NCBI GenBank assembly: GCA_964057225.1
Contig: OZ059895.1
Location: 16,306,001 to 16,370,000 of the forward strand
Direction of reading: 5' to 3'
Length of the DNA: 64,000 nucleotides
Source of the DNA: Auanema rhodensis
Lineage: Eukaryota > Animalia > Nematoda
Under the pieces are notes generated by a model, which saw only the letters and a list, made by a program, of their open reading frames with translations, ran no database searches and was not told where the DNA came from. Each line of letters starts with the position of its first letter. Positions within the stretch are counted from its first letter, which is position 1. Both the position numbers and the translations under genes were made by a program. Shown one piece after another: positions 40,601 through 54,100 of this stretch.

Positions 40601-43600
40601 GATGTAGATTTTGACATCATTTTTCTTATTTAAATATACAAATAAAATATATTATAATACTGGATATAGTACAATAACTATTAGTCCATGGATAAGAGAA
40701 TAAGAAAGGGAAATAAGAAGCGAGATATAGCGTGATTACTGACCATCGAAATCTAACAAGAGACAGATCGGATGTTATGTTAGAACGTTCGCATTGCTAG
40801 ATGCTTGTAATCATGTTCATGCAGACTAGGTAGAATACATACATGGCTAGATTGGGATTTTGAGACAAGTGTTAGCATAAAAAAGGGTGAAAACGATAGA
40901 TATATAAAGAGGGAGATGAGGGAGAAGAGGGGTGGGAGGGAGAAGAGGAAGACGAGGGGGAGGAGGGGGGCTATAGGATTAGTTGCGCAAGCTAGTTCTT
41001 ATCCTTAATTCGAACAGTGTACTTGTGGCCTTCTAGGCTAATGAGCTGAGGATGATACTGAGATCAGGAGCTAACCAGTAGTTTTTGAATCTTGTTATTT
41101 GCCAATCGGATATGATCGACTAGTGCGAAATAGTTGAAATGTTATGCAAAAGCGTGGGTATTATGCGACAATGGATAAGTATAGAAAGAAATAGAGATCA
41201 GAGCAGCTCATCTGTGCAAATTTAATTCGTAGAAATTGTCAATTCGGAGCATTTTGAAGAATAACCAAAAATAATGAAAAGACCGGATTTCACTAGATGT
41301 TGTTAGTAAGAGATAATATGATAACAAGCTCTTGTCATTTTCGAGGATTGCTGGGCGCACGAGGTTGTGCAGAATATCATTATTGGGCACATGCTTTAAG
41401 CCATGCTTTTAGATATAATGATGGATATCGTTGATTATAAGCAGAATGTTTCAATACGTTATAACACAGCACCTTGAAGCTGCTGCTGCTAATTAGCCAG
41501 GCTCAGATGAGTTGAAAGATCATGCATTTCAATGTATCAGCATGAACCCATTTGGTGTTGCTTACAATGAACTTTCATATATTGTTTTCAATCGGAGATT
41601 TTATGTTAAAAATACTTGACAATCATGTGTAAAAGCAATAGAGTACATAGTGAAATATTGATAAACAAAGAAAAACAAGCAAAGTATTTCATTTATGATT
41701 GATTTTAGTAAACAGGAATCAATATTATTATAGTTTATTTATTTTCAAATCAAGTCAAGTTGACTAGTTATCTAACTGTCTCTCTTTATCTATCTTTCTC
41801 TCTCTATATTTCTCTGTGAATGGCATTTCAAATCATGAAGTATACATATACATAACGAATTCTTGTGGATATATGATATACATATCTCCAAATAGTTCAC
41901 ATAATCGGTCAACTTGTATACTCTTACGTAAACTTGTATATTATATATTATTTGAAGAAAAAGAACCTAATATGGTGCCTTTTCTTTTATTTTTTTTATG
42001 CTAATTAATATGCTAAACGATTTTACAGGTCAATAAACTTCATTAGCATATTTGGACGAACGCCAAGAAACGTACGGCATTGCATGCACATGACAGTTAT
42101 TTTTCAAAGAACAGCATAGAGTGAGCGGTTGTGTGAACTTTTGTTTGGTACTTTTCATATCTTACTCATACAATTTTCAGGAAGTCAACTCAATAGTCTG
42201 AATTTCGCATACAATGTATGGTCAAAAGACTTTACAAAACTATTAAGAAAGACAAATAATAAGTAGGTTGACTATTATGTTTGGATATTCTATCATTTAC
42301 TTAGAAACAAATATGATGTCATAATGACGTGTGCCCTACGAACTCATTGTATTTTGAGCGCATAAACTATATATAGCCATCCATATTCTATATTAGGTGT
42401 GGATCAAAAAAGAAATCCGAAAATGCCGTCTTTATATGACTGTCTTTTGAAAATTACTCCGAGGATATATGGCAGATTAAATATAAATATATCGCATAAG
42501 TTGAATAGAAAACTATTTTTTGCTCAAACTCATATACCAATTTTTGATGATGCTATGTGCTCTCTGACTAATCTATCAAGCTTTTTCAAATGCTGCTTCA
42601 TGTTCGAAAATCACGTCAACATTACCGAATAAAGGGCATTCAGCTGCGAATTATTCGCAGTTGCAGATTGACAGGAGGGAGAAGTATATGTTCATGTAAA
42701 GATAAAAGAGGAGAGAAAGGGAGAGAAACAGGGGGAGGAAACGAAACACTGACGTCCTAAGCCTGATCATGATCGTGAACAATATGAGTTGTATTGCGTG
42801 ACTTCTGTCGTTGCAGTCAATTGGTCAGCAAGAGGAGTCCTCAGCATTGACAAAAATCTGTTACTGATTGTTGTTAGACAAGTAGAAGACAGAAGAGAAT
42901 GACATGACCGTTAGGATGTCATGACCGGTAATAGAAATGAGTGGATTAGAAGATAATATTGCTCTTTTCTCTATACATAGAGATGGCCTTATGTAAGTCG
43001 CGGATAAGAATCGGATAGTTTGCACGTGGTGACGCAATCACATAGACGATGTGTGTCCAATACAGCTACTAGTAGATACACATATACTATCAAGAGATTT
43101 GTTCGTATGGTCTATATCACGTCAGAAATACATGTAGTACACGAAGTAGTGACATGTCGAAATAGCTGATCCAGATAGGTGAACGCGATAGTGCGAGAAG
43201 ATGAGCAGCACATCCCATTATTGGCACATACATGGGGGAGAAATAGTTAAGAATTTGACTTTGATCGCATGTGCAGTTACATAAGAGACGGAAGAAGGAG
43301 ATGAAGCAGAAAGTAGCTGAGCTATGAGCTATAATCTGTATATATTTCTCGATCTTCGAGATATCTCTTCTCGTTATGTCTACACATCCATACGATGTTT
43401 ATACATATCTCTATCAAATACATAAAGAGAGATATGCAAATCGAACAAAAAAATCTATTTGTGGACAGGATTTATTTGGAAGATGATCCAAACAAGACTA
43501 ACAACTAATACAAGAGGATAAGAAAAAGTAAAGAGCCATCAGGGTGGGGGAGGATGAAGACGAGCGTAGGAGTATAATGATTAGAGAGAAAGAGAGAGAG

Positions 43601-44162
43601 AGAAAGAAGAATCGAGAGAAGTGCTACTACTACATAAAGAGAAGAAAGTAAAATAAAGAGCTTGATCTCAATACAATACAAGTAATTCAATGGATTAGTA
43701 AGATATCTTGTAGAAAAAAAATAAAAAGAATAAGTTTCTAGAGAAATGAACGGATCGTAATGCTAGCGTTTGGTTTTGTTGATGTGTTCAAAAACAAACA
43801 TCTTAAAGGTTAAAATGATAAACGATAAGAAAGTTTTATGCCTTTTTTTGTGCTAATGAGAATTAGATAATCTTCTGAAAAACATTCATTATATCTATTT
43901 TCCTTCTTTTTGACATTCTTTTATTTATTTTTCTTACCTTCATGACACTTTAACAAGTGCAATATATGGCGAAAAGATGGTGTACGTGTTAGATTAGCTT
44001 TTGATCTAACCGACAAGCCATAAAACAAAAAGAAACTTTCGTTTTTAGCAGCTATACAAATTCAATTGGGCTCAATAGAATTGTCTGAACTATCGGAAGA
44101 AAAGGTTGACACGGCGGTCAAATGGCTAGTTCGAGTAAGGTCAAAAAACTGTGCACAAGTCG

Positions 44163-44738
44163 TCATTCAACATGTAACAACAGGAAGGGAACAAGCATGG
44201 AGATGAAAGGAAACAACGTCAGCAGGCAGGAATTAGAAGATGATGCTAGAGATGAACTTTGATGGTTACATATAACAATGTGATAGCATTTCACATGAGC
44301 AGAAAAGCAATCCAATTGATTGTTTTCGCACACCTTGTATATTTCACTTTTTGAAACAAAAAAAGGCAGCAACAGCAATGAGCATAGAAAGGTGAATAGA
44401 TAGTCCACAGTATAGAGACTACATAGAATGGTCAAGATTGAAACATAACATTTTCGTTGATTACAATAGGTCTTATGGCCTAACAGCCAGCCACATGGCG
44501 GTTGATAGTCGAGCAACTTTAGTTCGTAATCGGCTTGTTTCATGAAAACAGCGAATTCCCCCGTTATGGTTATATATGATATGATGAGAGTTATCAACGT
44601 CACCGCTATCGTCATCAACATACAGCAATATCGCTGTAAGCTGCGGCACAGACTAGAGAGAAAAGCGAGCAGGCGGAAGTTTGTGAGGAAAACCGTACTA
44701 AAACTATGATACCAATGTGACATGATCTTTCTATTTGT
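44163..44738 (-). CDS. Possible exon of an unknown membrane-protein gene
   Basis: TTTTCAG acceptor at 44745-44739 with an ATG 15 nt downstream (44723). The long open frame has one TM-like segment (CCMLMTIAVTLITLIISYITI) followed by a Cys-containing polar stretch. No homology recognised and no downstream exons confirmed. Confidence 0.3.
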   Translation of the reverse strand, partial: TNRKIMSHWYHSFSTVFLTNFRLLAFLSSLCRSLQRYCCMLMTIAVTLITLIISYITITGEFAVFMKQADYELKLLDYQPPCGWLLGHKTYCNQRKCYVSILTILCSLYTVDYLFTFLCSLLLLPFFVSKSEIYKVCENNQLDCFSAHVKCYHIVICNHQSSSLASSSNSCLLTLFPFISMLVPFLLLHVE

Positions 44739-46830
44739 CTGAAAATCAAACAAATATTATGTAAATCAAGTTCAGATGATCTATATACGGTCGTCGATTT
44801 AGCAAAGATCATTAAGCGGCACTCCCAACCATAAAAAATTAGAAAAACGAGGTATACAAAGAGAATAGGCTCGAAACATGAACGCGCTCCAACTCTGACG
44901 ACTGAAAATGATTGGGATTGGGGCTCGTTTGAAGCAATACATTCTCACACTCTCGCTCTTTTTCGGAGATGAGCAATACGTCCCTAGTTTCCGAAGGGCG
45001 TTTCAGAGTTTCTGGCAATTTTTTTCGACTTTCCTCGTCTGTTTTTCTTCCATTCACAATGAGATCATGCCGGTCTGCGCTCATTTGAATGATGTTTGAC
45101 TGAATAATTACGGACCCATATATAGACACTCCATCTCTCTGAAGCTGTCTTCTCTTGGCATATATGACATCTTCTTGTACAAAACCATCAAAAGGACTCA
45201 TTATTATATCGAGAGAAAGCGAATAAATCAGCTCAATCATCCGTGCCAGAGACCGTATGGGCTGATCTGTGTTCCATGTAGGCATGATGACGACAATGAT
45301 GATGGTGGTGGTAGTGAAGATGGTGCTGATGATTGAGACGACATAGCCTGCCAATGGATATACACACCCATGATGGGGATAATGACCACAGCTAATACAT
45401 AAAGCCCGATGGTAGACAAGCATACAGTCTATAGCATGTTCCACGGTTAACTCTACAACGGTGGTTATGGGGTTAAGAGCTGCACACCACCACCACGGTG
45501 GACCACCATCTGTGCTTCTGACCGGCTGACCGTCTCTCGTCTCTCTCTTATGCTATACACTATCTAAGTTCGTCATCTTTCAACATGACCATTGTCACAG
45601 CTGCAAACAATTCGTTTTAAATTCAAATATCTGGCCGCCTTCTGACGACCCCAGATCGCAGTCGTTGGATCATTCTGTTCAAAAGCCACATGCTATAAGA
45701 ATGGAAGAATGACTGAACTAGCAAGTAAAATGGCGATAAAACCAGAGGAAATGAGAAAGAAAGAAGAAATGAAGAGATATGACTATGATATACTTTTGAA
45801 TGTGTCCTTTCCGAAAAAAAAGAAAAATAACCAACTAATATAGTCATGCCAATCAGTCGTCTTTCTTACCCCCAGGAGATGACCAAATTAGGAATCTGTC
45901 AAATGACTTAATTGTCCATGAAAGCTGTTCGTCTCATTCTCTCACATAATATGAGACAGAAAAGCATCATGGAATGTACGAACGAACATGAGATTACAAG
46001 TAATGATCTCAGGATGTGCCAGAATCAATCGAAGCAGAATTGTCACATGGAAATAAGGGAGCGGTTGCGAGAAAAAAAAAACAAATTCTATAAACAATTT
46101 CAAAAAAAAATTGTTTCTGTATTAAAACTGCGAATTTACAACATATTTCCGAAAATTTTTCATTGCCAAGAAATTTTGAGATGAAAAATCTTTGAAAGGC
46201 CATGGATACTCATAGTCACATATGGCTACGGCTTGTATGTCTGAAAAAAAATTGAAAGCTGTGATCTTTTTATGGGACACATCTCTGTTACTCAAGTTTA
46301 AACCCAAAAAAAATTCTATAGAAACGAGTTTTGAAACTCTGTTTGAGAATAACGTAAAATAAAATTAGTCATTTGTTCTAATATAAACTTGTGAACTAAA
46401 ATTCAAGCATAAAAAGGAAGATGACAGCCAATCTCAAGGTAGTTTCTCAAAATCACGCACTCAAATTACCGCCATAAACAGATAAATGAAATGAATTTGA
46501 AAAAGGGCATGAAGACAGTAGACAGCTACGGCTTGATCCGATATGAAGATGAGACAAGAAGCAGAAATGCCAAATAAGGTGACAAAGGGCCTTGAAATAC
46601 GTTTTGGCGAGAAGAGTAAAAAATGAAGGAAAAAGAAACAATATGAAACAGAAAGTACGTCCTCGTGGATAATTAGTAGCAACAAAAATGAACGTTTTAA
46701 TGATTTCAAACATATCAAAACAGTTGAGAACGGCAAACAAATGCTGAAGTCAAACGGTCGACGACGTTGATGGCGAACAGGATGGCAATCGTCCGGGCTG
46801 ACCCATAAAGACGCACCGACACTGGCGACA

Positions 46831-46845
46831 TTTGAATTTGGCGCC
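46831..46845. promoter_or_regulatory. E2F/CHR (DREAM-type) composite site
   Basis: TTTGAATTTGGCGCC combines TTYRAA (LIN-54/CHR-like) with an adjacent TTTGGCGCC (E2F-like), inside a GC-richer patch at ~46740-46870. Confidence 0.4.
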
Positions 46846-49800
46846 AGAATGTTTTCTGCCTGGTTGTCGTTTATTGAGAAAATGGAAAGGAGACAGTTTA
46901 AAGAAATGGGTGACTTAAAACGAGGAAAAAACTAGAGGGCAATATGATGAGAGGGTAATGATGAAGGAATTGAGAGATAGGACGATGCAGAGAAGAAATG
47001 CATGAGAGATTGTAGAGGAATGGATATTAGTGAATGTGTTGACGCCGAATCATTAGAAAAGAAGTATATCAAGGTAATTGGAACAGATGTTTGTAATTAT
47101 GTTCAATAATGGAACACAGGTAAGTGAACATCTCTGAATGGTACTTGACTTAGTGTATAGCTGATGACGTCATTACTATTGCAACGTAGTATGCAAATGC
47201 GTACTGTTTTCATTTTTAAGTACACGAGGACGCTGAGCGGTTGTATTCCAAAGGCAATACATCATATTTTTTAAAATTAATCTATTATCTTTTTATGTAA
47301 AAAAATTAAATTAAAAAAAGGATATAATTGGAAATGGATATGGTTTAATGTGTCGTCGTCGGCCTTTAACTAACACAACAAACATTGTTAAATGATTTTC
47401 ATGTGAAACATTAGCCGGGGTTATGGGCCACAACTTGGAGTTAGGAAAAAACATTGAAAGTTGCACGAAATAGCGAGTGCTATTATGAATAATTGTTCTT
47501 TTAATTTGCAAAACGAATGAGAATTCCGAACAAAAATTTGCTTCACTAGATTTCAAACAAGCTAAAAGAATGGCAGTGCAAGCAGTTCTAAAAGCCCCCA
47601 CCTTGAGAATAATGTGCTTTCCCGATAGGCTGAAGCTATGATTAACTCAACAAAAAAACCACAGTGTCTAGGTAGATGTAGCATAGTAATAGTTAAGTGA
47701 AAGACAACATGTATTCTAGAATTCAACTTCGAAAACGATGGTTTAAGAAGATGGATTGGCTGTTGGTTGTTGTATTTGACTGAATAATAGACAACTTGAA
47801 CAAACTGAAAGCAGAAGAGAGTATCAATGTCATCTCCTGAAGCTTCTTGGCTATATCTAGTGGAGAAATTATGGTCTCAGCTCAACAACAGTAACATCGG
47901 GATTAGCTGGCCGTCTGCCAAGATTTGAATAGTTGACCATGCTATGCAGGACAGAAAGGGCTAAGAGGAGAAGGACAGCTGGACAGATTTGAATAAGCAG
48001 TACAGAGAGAAAGAGAGATAGAGAGACAATGAAAAAGATCGTAACAATATAAGAAAAGAGAATAGGATGAAAACCAAAAATTGAATATAAGGAGAAAAGA
48101 TTATGGTCGGAAAAACACCAAAAAGTCAAAATTGGATGAAAGACGTAGGTAAAAAGAACGTTCAAAAAAAGAAAAGAAAGAGATTTTGTCTTTTCTTCTG
48201 TCTCGCAATTATGGAAACAATATGACAACAATGCTATTTTGAATATTGTTTTCATATACGGGACAGTACTATTTCAGAAATCAAATAGCTCAATGTATGA
48301 TGTCCAAGGGCACAATGTGATGAAATGCGAGGTGAATCATTCGAAAGCTAAGGTTGTGACAAGTGGTTGCCACGCTTAAGATTGGAAACGATGGGCAAGT
48401 ATGAGCAGGAATAATTCAGATGAAGCTTGATAATGAGCCTGTTATGAAGATTTGTGCAGGCTGCTGAAGGTCATTTTTATTGTGGCTATGATATGTGTTG
48501 TCTTTTAAGACTTGAGCAACAGAGAGTAAGATATCTGCTCGTATGAATACATTATACTCATTGGAGAGATTTAGAGGAGAAAATACAACAAGAAAAGGCT
48601 GAACCAAGTCATTCGACAGCTCGAAGAGTCGGTCATTCATCAATGTCTATCGGACAGACGATGTGAAGCAAAGAATCCCAAATATGGCCTCCAGACATAT
48701 TTTTGCCTTATTCTCCATCTATACCTCTCATTTGGACCACTATTTCTCCGCTTTTTCATAATTTTAAGGAAAAGGTTAAAAGACGCCCAATTAGTTGTTC
48801 CATTTTTTTGATTTGGACATCTTTATTTGAAAAAGAGAGGGTGGAATATCGGTTGTAGTAACGGAATAGCTTCAAATACGAAAATGGGGGTCTTAAGTTA
48901 TTTGAAATCTACACCACTGCATAGACAATAACAAGTAAAAGTTTATGAAAGTTTTGGTCCCAAAACATACTTGTATGGTAGAAGACTGAAGATGAAATTA
49001 GGCATAACGAGGAAAGAAACATGTGAAGTTTTCTTTTACTTCATAACGTGCTATAGCATGTGTATTACAAGTTGAAGAGAGTTAAAGTCAAAACAGAGTT
49101 AGATAGATGAGAAGAATGGAAGACTATCAGAATCGGATGTCGATAACATATTGTATATAACTGGTCCTCTTAACCAGCATGATGTTCAAGTTTGATCACC
49201 TATCTGACTAATTGAATATAAAATTTCGAATATTGAATTTGCAATTGTTTACAGAAACAAAGAAAAGTTCATCATCCTCGTAATATCCTCGGAAATTCTA
49301 GATCATATACAAAAGATTTACCGAAATATAAACTCACAACTACTTTATACATTGCGCGCCAGGACTTTTTTTTGGTGAAATTCTCTTCCTGCCCCCATCC
49401 TCACACATTGCATACAATCTTTTGCACAGGTTTTTGTAAATCAAAAAAAAATTGAAATTTTAGAGCAAACGTAAGTGCAGGTTGTTTTTAAGGATTCAGA
49501 TTCAAACGACTTTACGAAGAGTTTTTCACATTTTGATCGATTTATTGAGTATTATAACATGTGGATGATTTGGCTAAATGTTGTGAGAAAAAGCCAAAGA
49601 ATCTCCTTATGTCATATTCCTCCAATATTTTCTTTATAAGGAAAAATAAAGAGAAAACTAAATAAGAACATATGTGTATGTCTATTTCTTTCAAATTACG
49701 TTGGACACGCAAGTAGCATTTTGAATTTGCCAATCAGAATGGGAGAAATATCAAATTGGATATGTGATGAATAACGAAATTCTGAAACGTATGATTTTCT

Positions 49801-51101
49801 ATTTATTTGACAAAATTGCAAAGCTATAGGAACTGAACATAGGCGACAGCCGACAGGCTTGTTTCTATTGTTTTTCAGGAACATTTTCCTATCTTTATTA
49901 TTGTTTCTTTTTTATTTTGTCTTTATGCTTAATATGGAAGTTGATATTCAGAACAGAGCATTAACTTTCACCTTATAAACATACTCATATCGTGTTAGAT
50001 ATACTTTTCGTTAATGTTCTATTGCTTTTGCTCTTCGTTTTTGAAATCTTTTTTTCGTGAATACACGCAACGATACATCATTGAAATGACAATAGGCATC
50101 TTCAAAAAATGTCAAAAACGACAGGTCCAGTACTTTGTTTAGGCGCAGTTTTGACCAAATATGAAGGAAAACGAAGAACATGTAAAAGAAATGCTAAAAA
50201 CAAAATCATCTACTCTATTTCTCGCACTCTAGCTTTTAAGTTCGCTTTCAAAAAAAGTTTTCTTTTATATTCATTTTTAATCCGGAATGACACCACAATC
50301 AGCTCATAATGTGCTGCCCTAAGGCGATTTGAAACTCTACTCTCTTGGGACATCATCATTTGGAAGTTAAAAATGCCTGTTCTAGAGATCTCAGCGCACG
50401 TCTGGTTCTTAGCATCTACTCTCTTTATCTTCTTTTCCATAGCTTGTCTTATATCCATATTTGGTAAAAGTTGAGATAAAAAGACATGAAAAGGATGAAA
50501 ATGGCTAGAAGAATGAGAAGCAGTTCTTATCCGGTGAACGCAGCCTGTATTCCCTTGAGCCTGAATGCAGAACTCAAGATCTTCAGGCGGACGTTTTATC
50601 AAAAATTAGCAAAGAAATGAACATTACTTTCGAAGAAACTAGCAAAAATAAAAGACAATATGTCGATGAAATAACTCTGATAGTGGAGAAGCTTCTCCAT
50701 ATACATACATATATTCCTTGCCCAAGACTCGACAGGAATGATTTACGGCCATATCAGTGTATGTGAGGGATTTGGTGAGCGTGAGTTGCGTGAAAAATTG
50801 CCGTAGAGCATTCAGAATAAGATGAATTGAGAGAAAATGCTCACATAGAGACAACCTCAAAAGAGACAATGGCAAATGAATGAATCATACATGCATGTCA
50901 TCATTAAAAAAAATTAAAAATAGCTTTCTGCTTATTGAAGCTTGTTGTGATTTATAACTAAAGCTGGAATGGGAAATATGCTTAATAGCTGAATATGGGT
51001 GGTTCAGATCGATGAGCCAAGTTTTGAAATAAGTCTTGGCAGATCTTTTTTGAGTCTAATTGTATTCGAAAAAAGTAGAAAAACGAATTTCAGACAAGCC
51101 G

Positions 51102-54100
51102 ATGCACAGCATTGCCCGGGAGAGCTTGCAGACTTATCTCTACAGCTACAAGGAGACACCGAAAGAGGTACAGTAATGCTTGATAACAATAACCGAAAAT
51201 AGAAAACTAGGAACATGCTTAAGTGAACATTAATTTTTGGCTATTTTTGCTGAAACTGCTCGTCGAGGAAGTCAAAAAGATCCAAAACATGATCGCAATC
51301 TAGTGAAAAAAGAAAAGAGGGTGGGAGAGATCATGAGCATTCAGGAGGAAAAGAGTGTTGGACTGACAAGGGGACAGCTAAAGAGAGAAAAAGTTGTTGT
51401 AGAATTTTTAGGTTTAGGCTAAATGTCTTCACTTGGCTGATTAGTTTGCTTGAAACGAGCCATTACCCTCCTTGTCGGTCGTCAGACACCTCTTTTCCTC
51501 TTTCTCCTCCCATCACTCGAGCTCTCAAAACCCCAGCCCTCCCAAGCTTCATGAATTTTCAAATGTCAGTTTGACTTGAAATTAAAATACGAAAAAAAAA
51601 GTAAAAGTATTCGTATTTTAAGTCTTTTTTCAACTAGACTAATCTAGATGTTAATCAGATAGCCCGAAAAAAAGAACGATTAGCTTATTTTGTGAAAAAT
51701 ATCAGCCATCTAATGACGAAAAATGTTCATTTAACTTTGTTGCTTTTTTTTTCTTTTTTTTTCTGTTAACAACAAAAATAAGAAAATACGGTAGAATGAA
51801 AGTTATTCGTTTTTTTCGCTGGACTATTAACACCGGCAAAGTGATTTGGATGAATAGTTTTACAAATAAGAAAACAAGCACAACTGCAAAATGAGAAACA
51901 TCTTTTTAAAGTGTGTGAAGCTTTACGTCTACAAAATTACTTACTGGCATGAATCTAAGTTTTTTCAATTCATACTGCTCTACGTTTCAGTGAAAAACAA
52001 CTAAAATAGAGAAGATACATAAGCTATTTTCAGCCTGGCTTGCCATTGGTGTACGATGCCAGAAGAACTCATGAAGTTCTGAAATTATGTGAAGAGCGTC
52101 GAGCACGGAAAGCTTTAAGAGATATTGTGGTAAGACGATTAATATTCATGCCAAATTTCATCAATCATTGTAAATTATGTGACAACTGGTAAGATTGGTA
52201 ATCATGCAGCTTATATGCTTAACGACCAACAAGGTATATAGAGAGACAAGAGGTTAACATAGCAGCAGATTTTGCACAGCTGTCATGGATATTCAACCAT
52301 AGACGGCAGTGATCTTAAATCTGAAGAATCCGACAGATGAAAGCAATCTGGCTAATTACTTGAGTCTTACTCAACTCTATACACTCAAAGCGGAAGACTG
52401 CCAACAGATGCAATCATTATTTCTACTCAACTGGTAAAGAAGCCTCACTCTACAGTATACTTTTGAGATATTTCTAGCACTGTATTTAAACTAAATGAGC
52501 AAAAGAAAACGACAAAGTACATAGAGAAATTCGCGTGTCTTCAATAGAATGAAAAAAAAAACAATTTAACACAAAGAATAGGATGAACAACTATCTATAA
52601 AAGAAACTGACATAAACAAGAAAGCAATCATGACTACTTCCGATTGTCCATTTCCGGTCATCACGTCATCAACCTTTGTATTTGGATCAGGTGTTCACTG
52701 TTTGTTGTATGAATACAAAAAAGGTAAAGGGTACAGCTGTTCTACTATTAACAAACAACTCCACATAGAAAAAATCAATGTTTAGAGGTCGATGACAATG
52801 ATTAGACTACACCGTTTCAGTTCTAACCTTACAATCAGAAAATAATAATAAAAAATAAAAGAAGAAGGGATTTTGTCTCAAATAAACATTATATATTCTA
52901 ATTTTACATAGAATGTTCTATCTGGCACAACATCGCTTACACTCTTACGTGCGTCTATATGCTAATTTTTGAAATTAAACGTGTGACTCACGAGCATTGT
53001 TTATAGTTTAAAGAATGAAGAGCGGTTGCATTTTATCTTTTTAAGAAAAATTAATTTCAAATATAAGGCTTTACATCTTTTATTTTTTAGAACTGTAAAG
53101 TGTCATTTGCTGTACAATGTCATGTGGATTATGATGGATCACTGGAGGATGAATGTCCACTTTACGAAAAAGTAGTATCCTATCAGAAAAATGATTTTAT
53201 TCATGTTTATAAGGTATTTGTTAAGCCTACTTTAGTTATGTCATTGTACACAAAAAATCTAAATAGACCTTTAATCCATTATGCTCAATCTTAAAAAGCT
53301 CGTTGATTCTAACTTTAATCCAATCCTCAAATACATTAATTAGGTATCTTCTCATTGAGTAGGTCCAAGCAGACCATGATGATCCCATGATCTAGACTTC
53401 ATCACCTTGTATATATGTACATGCACTTGACCACCGTCTATTCAAACAGTAGAACCCTATTCGTTTAAAGCACTCTCTTACTAATCCAAGGTGTTCATTA
53501 GTCCATCTGACGTGTGGTCCTCGGTCAATCTAGGATCGTGTACTATTAATTTGATTTGAGCATTAATAATTGAGGGAATAACTAGCCAGACAAAAAATAT
53601 TTTAGAAATCCAGCTGATCAAAATGAATTACTCTCTTGCTATATTACTCTACAGTATACTTATAGCGTTATAGTCATGACTGGTGGCTTGGCCGTATTGT
53701 GGGAGCTGAATCAACTATTGGATTCGTACCAACTGCTAAACGTCTCTATCGTCTCAAAGAAATTGTTGATATCGAAGACAATGTAGTGAAAGCTGTACAG
53801 ACTTCATCAAAGCCTAAACCAGGAAATCGTTCTCGGTCTTCAAGTATACCAACAGCAGCAGCCAGAGCTGCGGCTGCTACAGCAAGTGCTAAACAGAAAC
53901 TTGTGTAAGTGGCCATTACAATAGATAATATGCTCTTAACTTTTAGAAGAAGTCAATCACCTGTGTGGGAACTGCCATGTCCCTACACAGTTGTCCCATC
54001 TACACGTCCTATTCTTCTGATGGGACCGTGCGATCAAAATTGTCGCTTGACAGAGCTTATGCACGCTGCCGTAGTGTAAAGAATACTAATCTTGATTTAT

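Noticed and set aside
46286-46308. GTTACTCAAG and GTTTAAACCCA, resembling the two halves of SL2
   Set aside because: The halves are in the wrong order, and there is no GT donor or Sm site, so this is not an SL RNA gene.
6510-46652. Isolated CTGTTTCA piRNA (Ruby) motifs at ~6510, ~40283 and ~46644 (minus strand)
   Set aside because: Three hits in 64 kb is background, and there is no clustering.
47869-48255. 128-aa hydrophobic minus-strand ORF
   Set aside because: Explained by CT-rich composition; no recognisable family or supporting exons.
53373-53520. ATGATGA...CTGA box C/D-like pair in ccb-2 intron 3 (with TAAGCCTA near the donor at 53222)
   Set aside because: Terminal stem geometry is poor and no rRNA antisense element was recognised. 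The 8-nt telomere match is at chance level.
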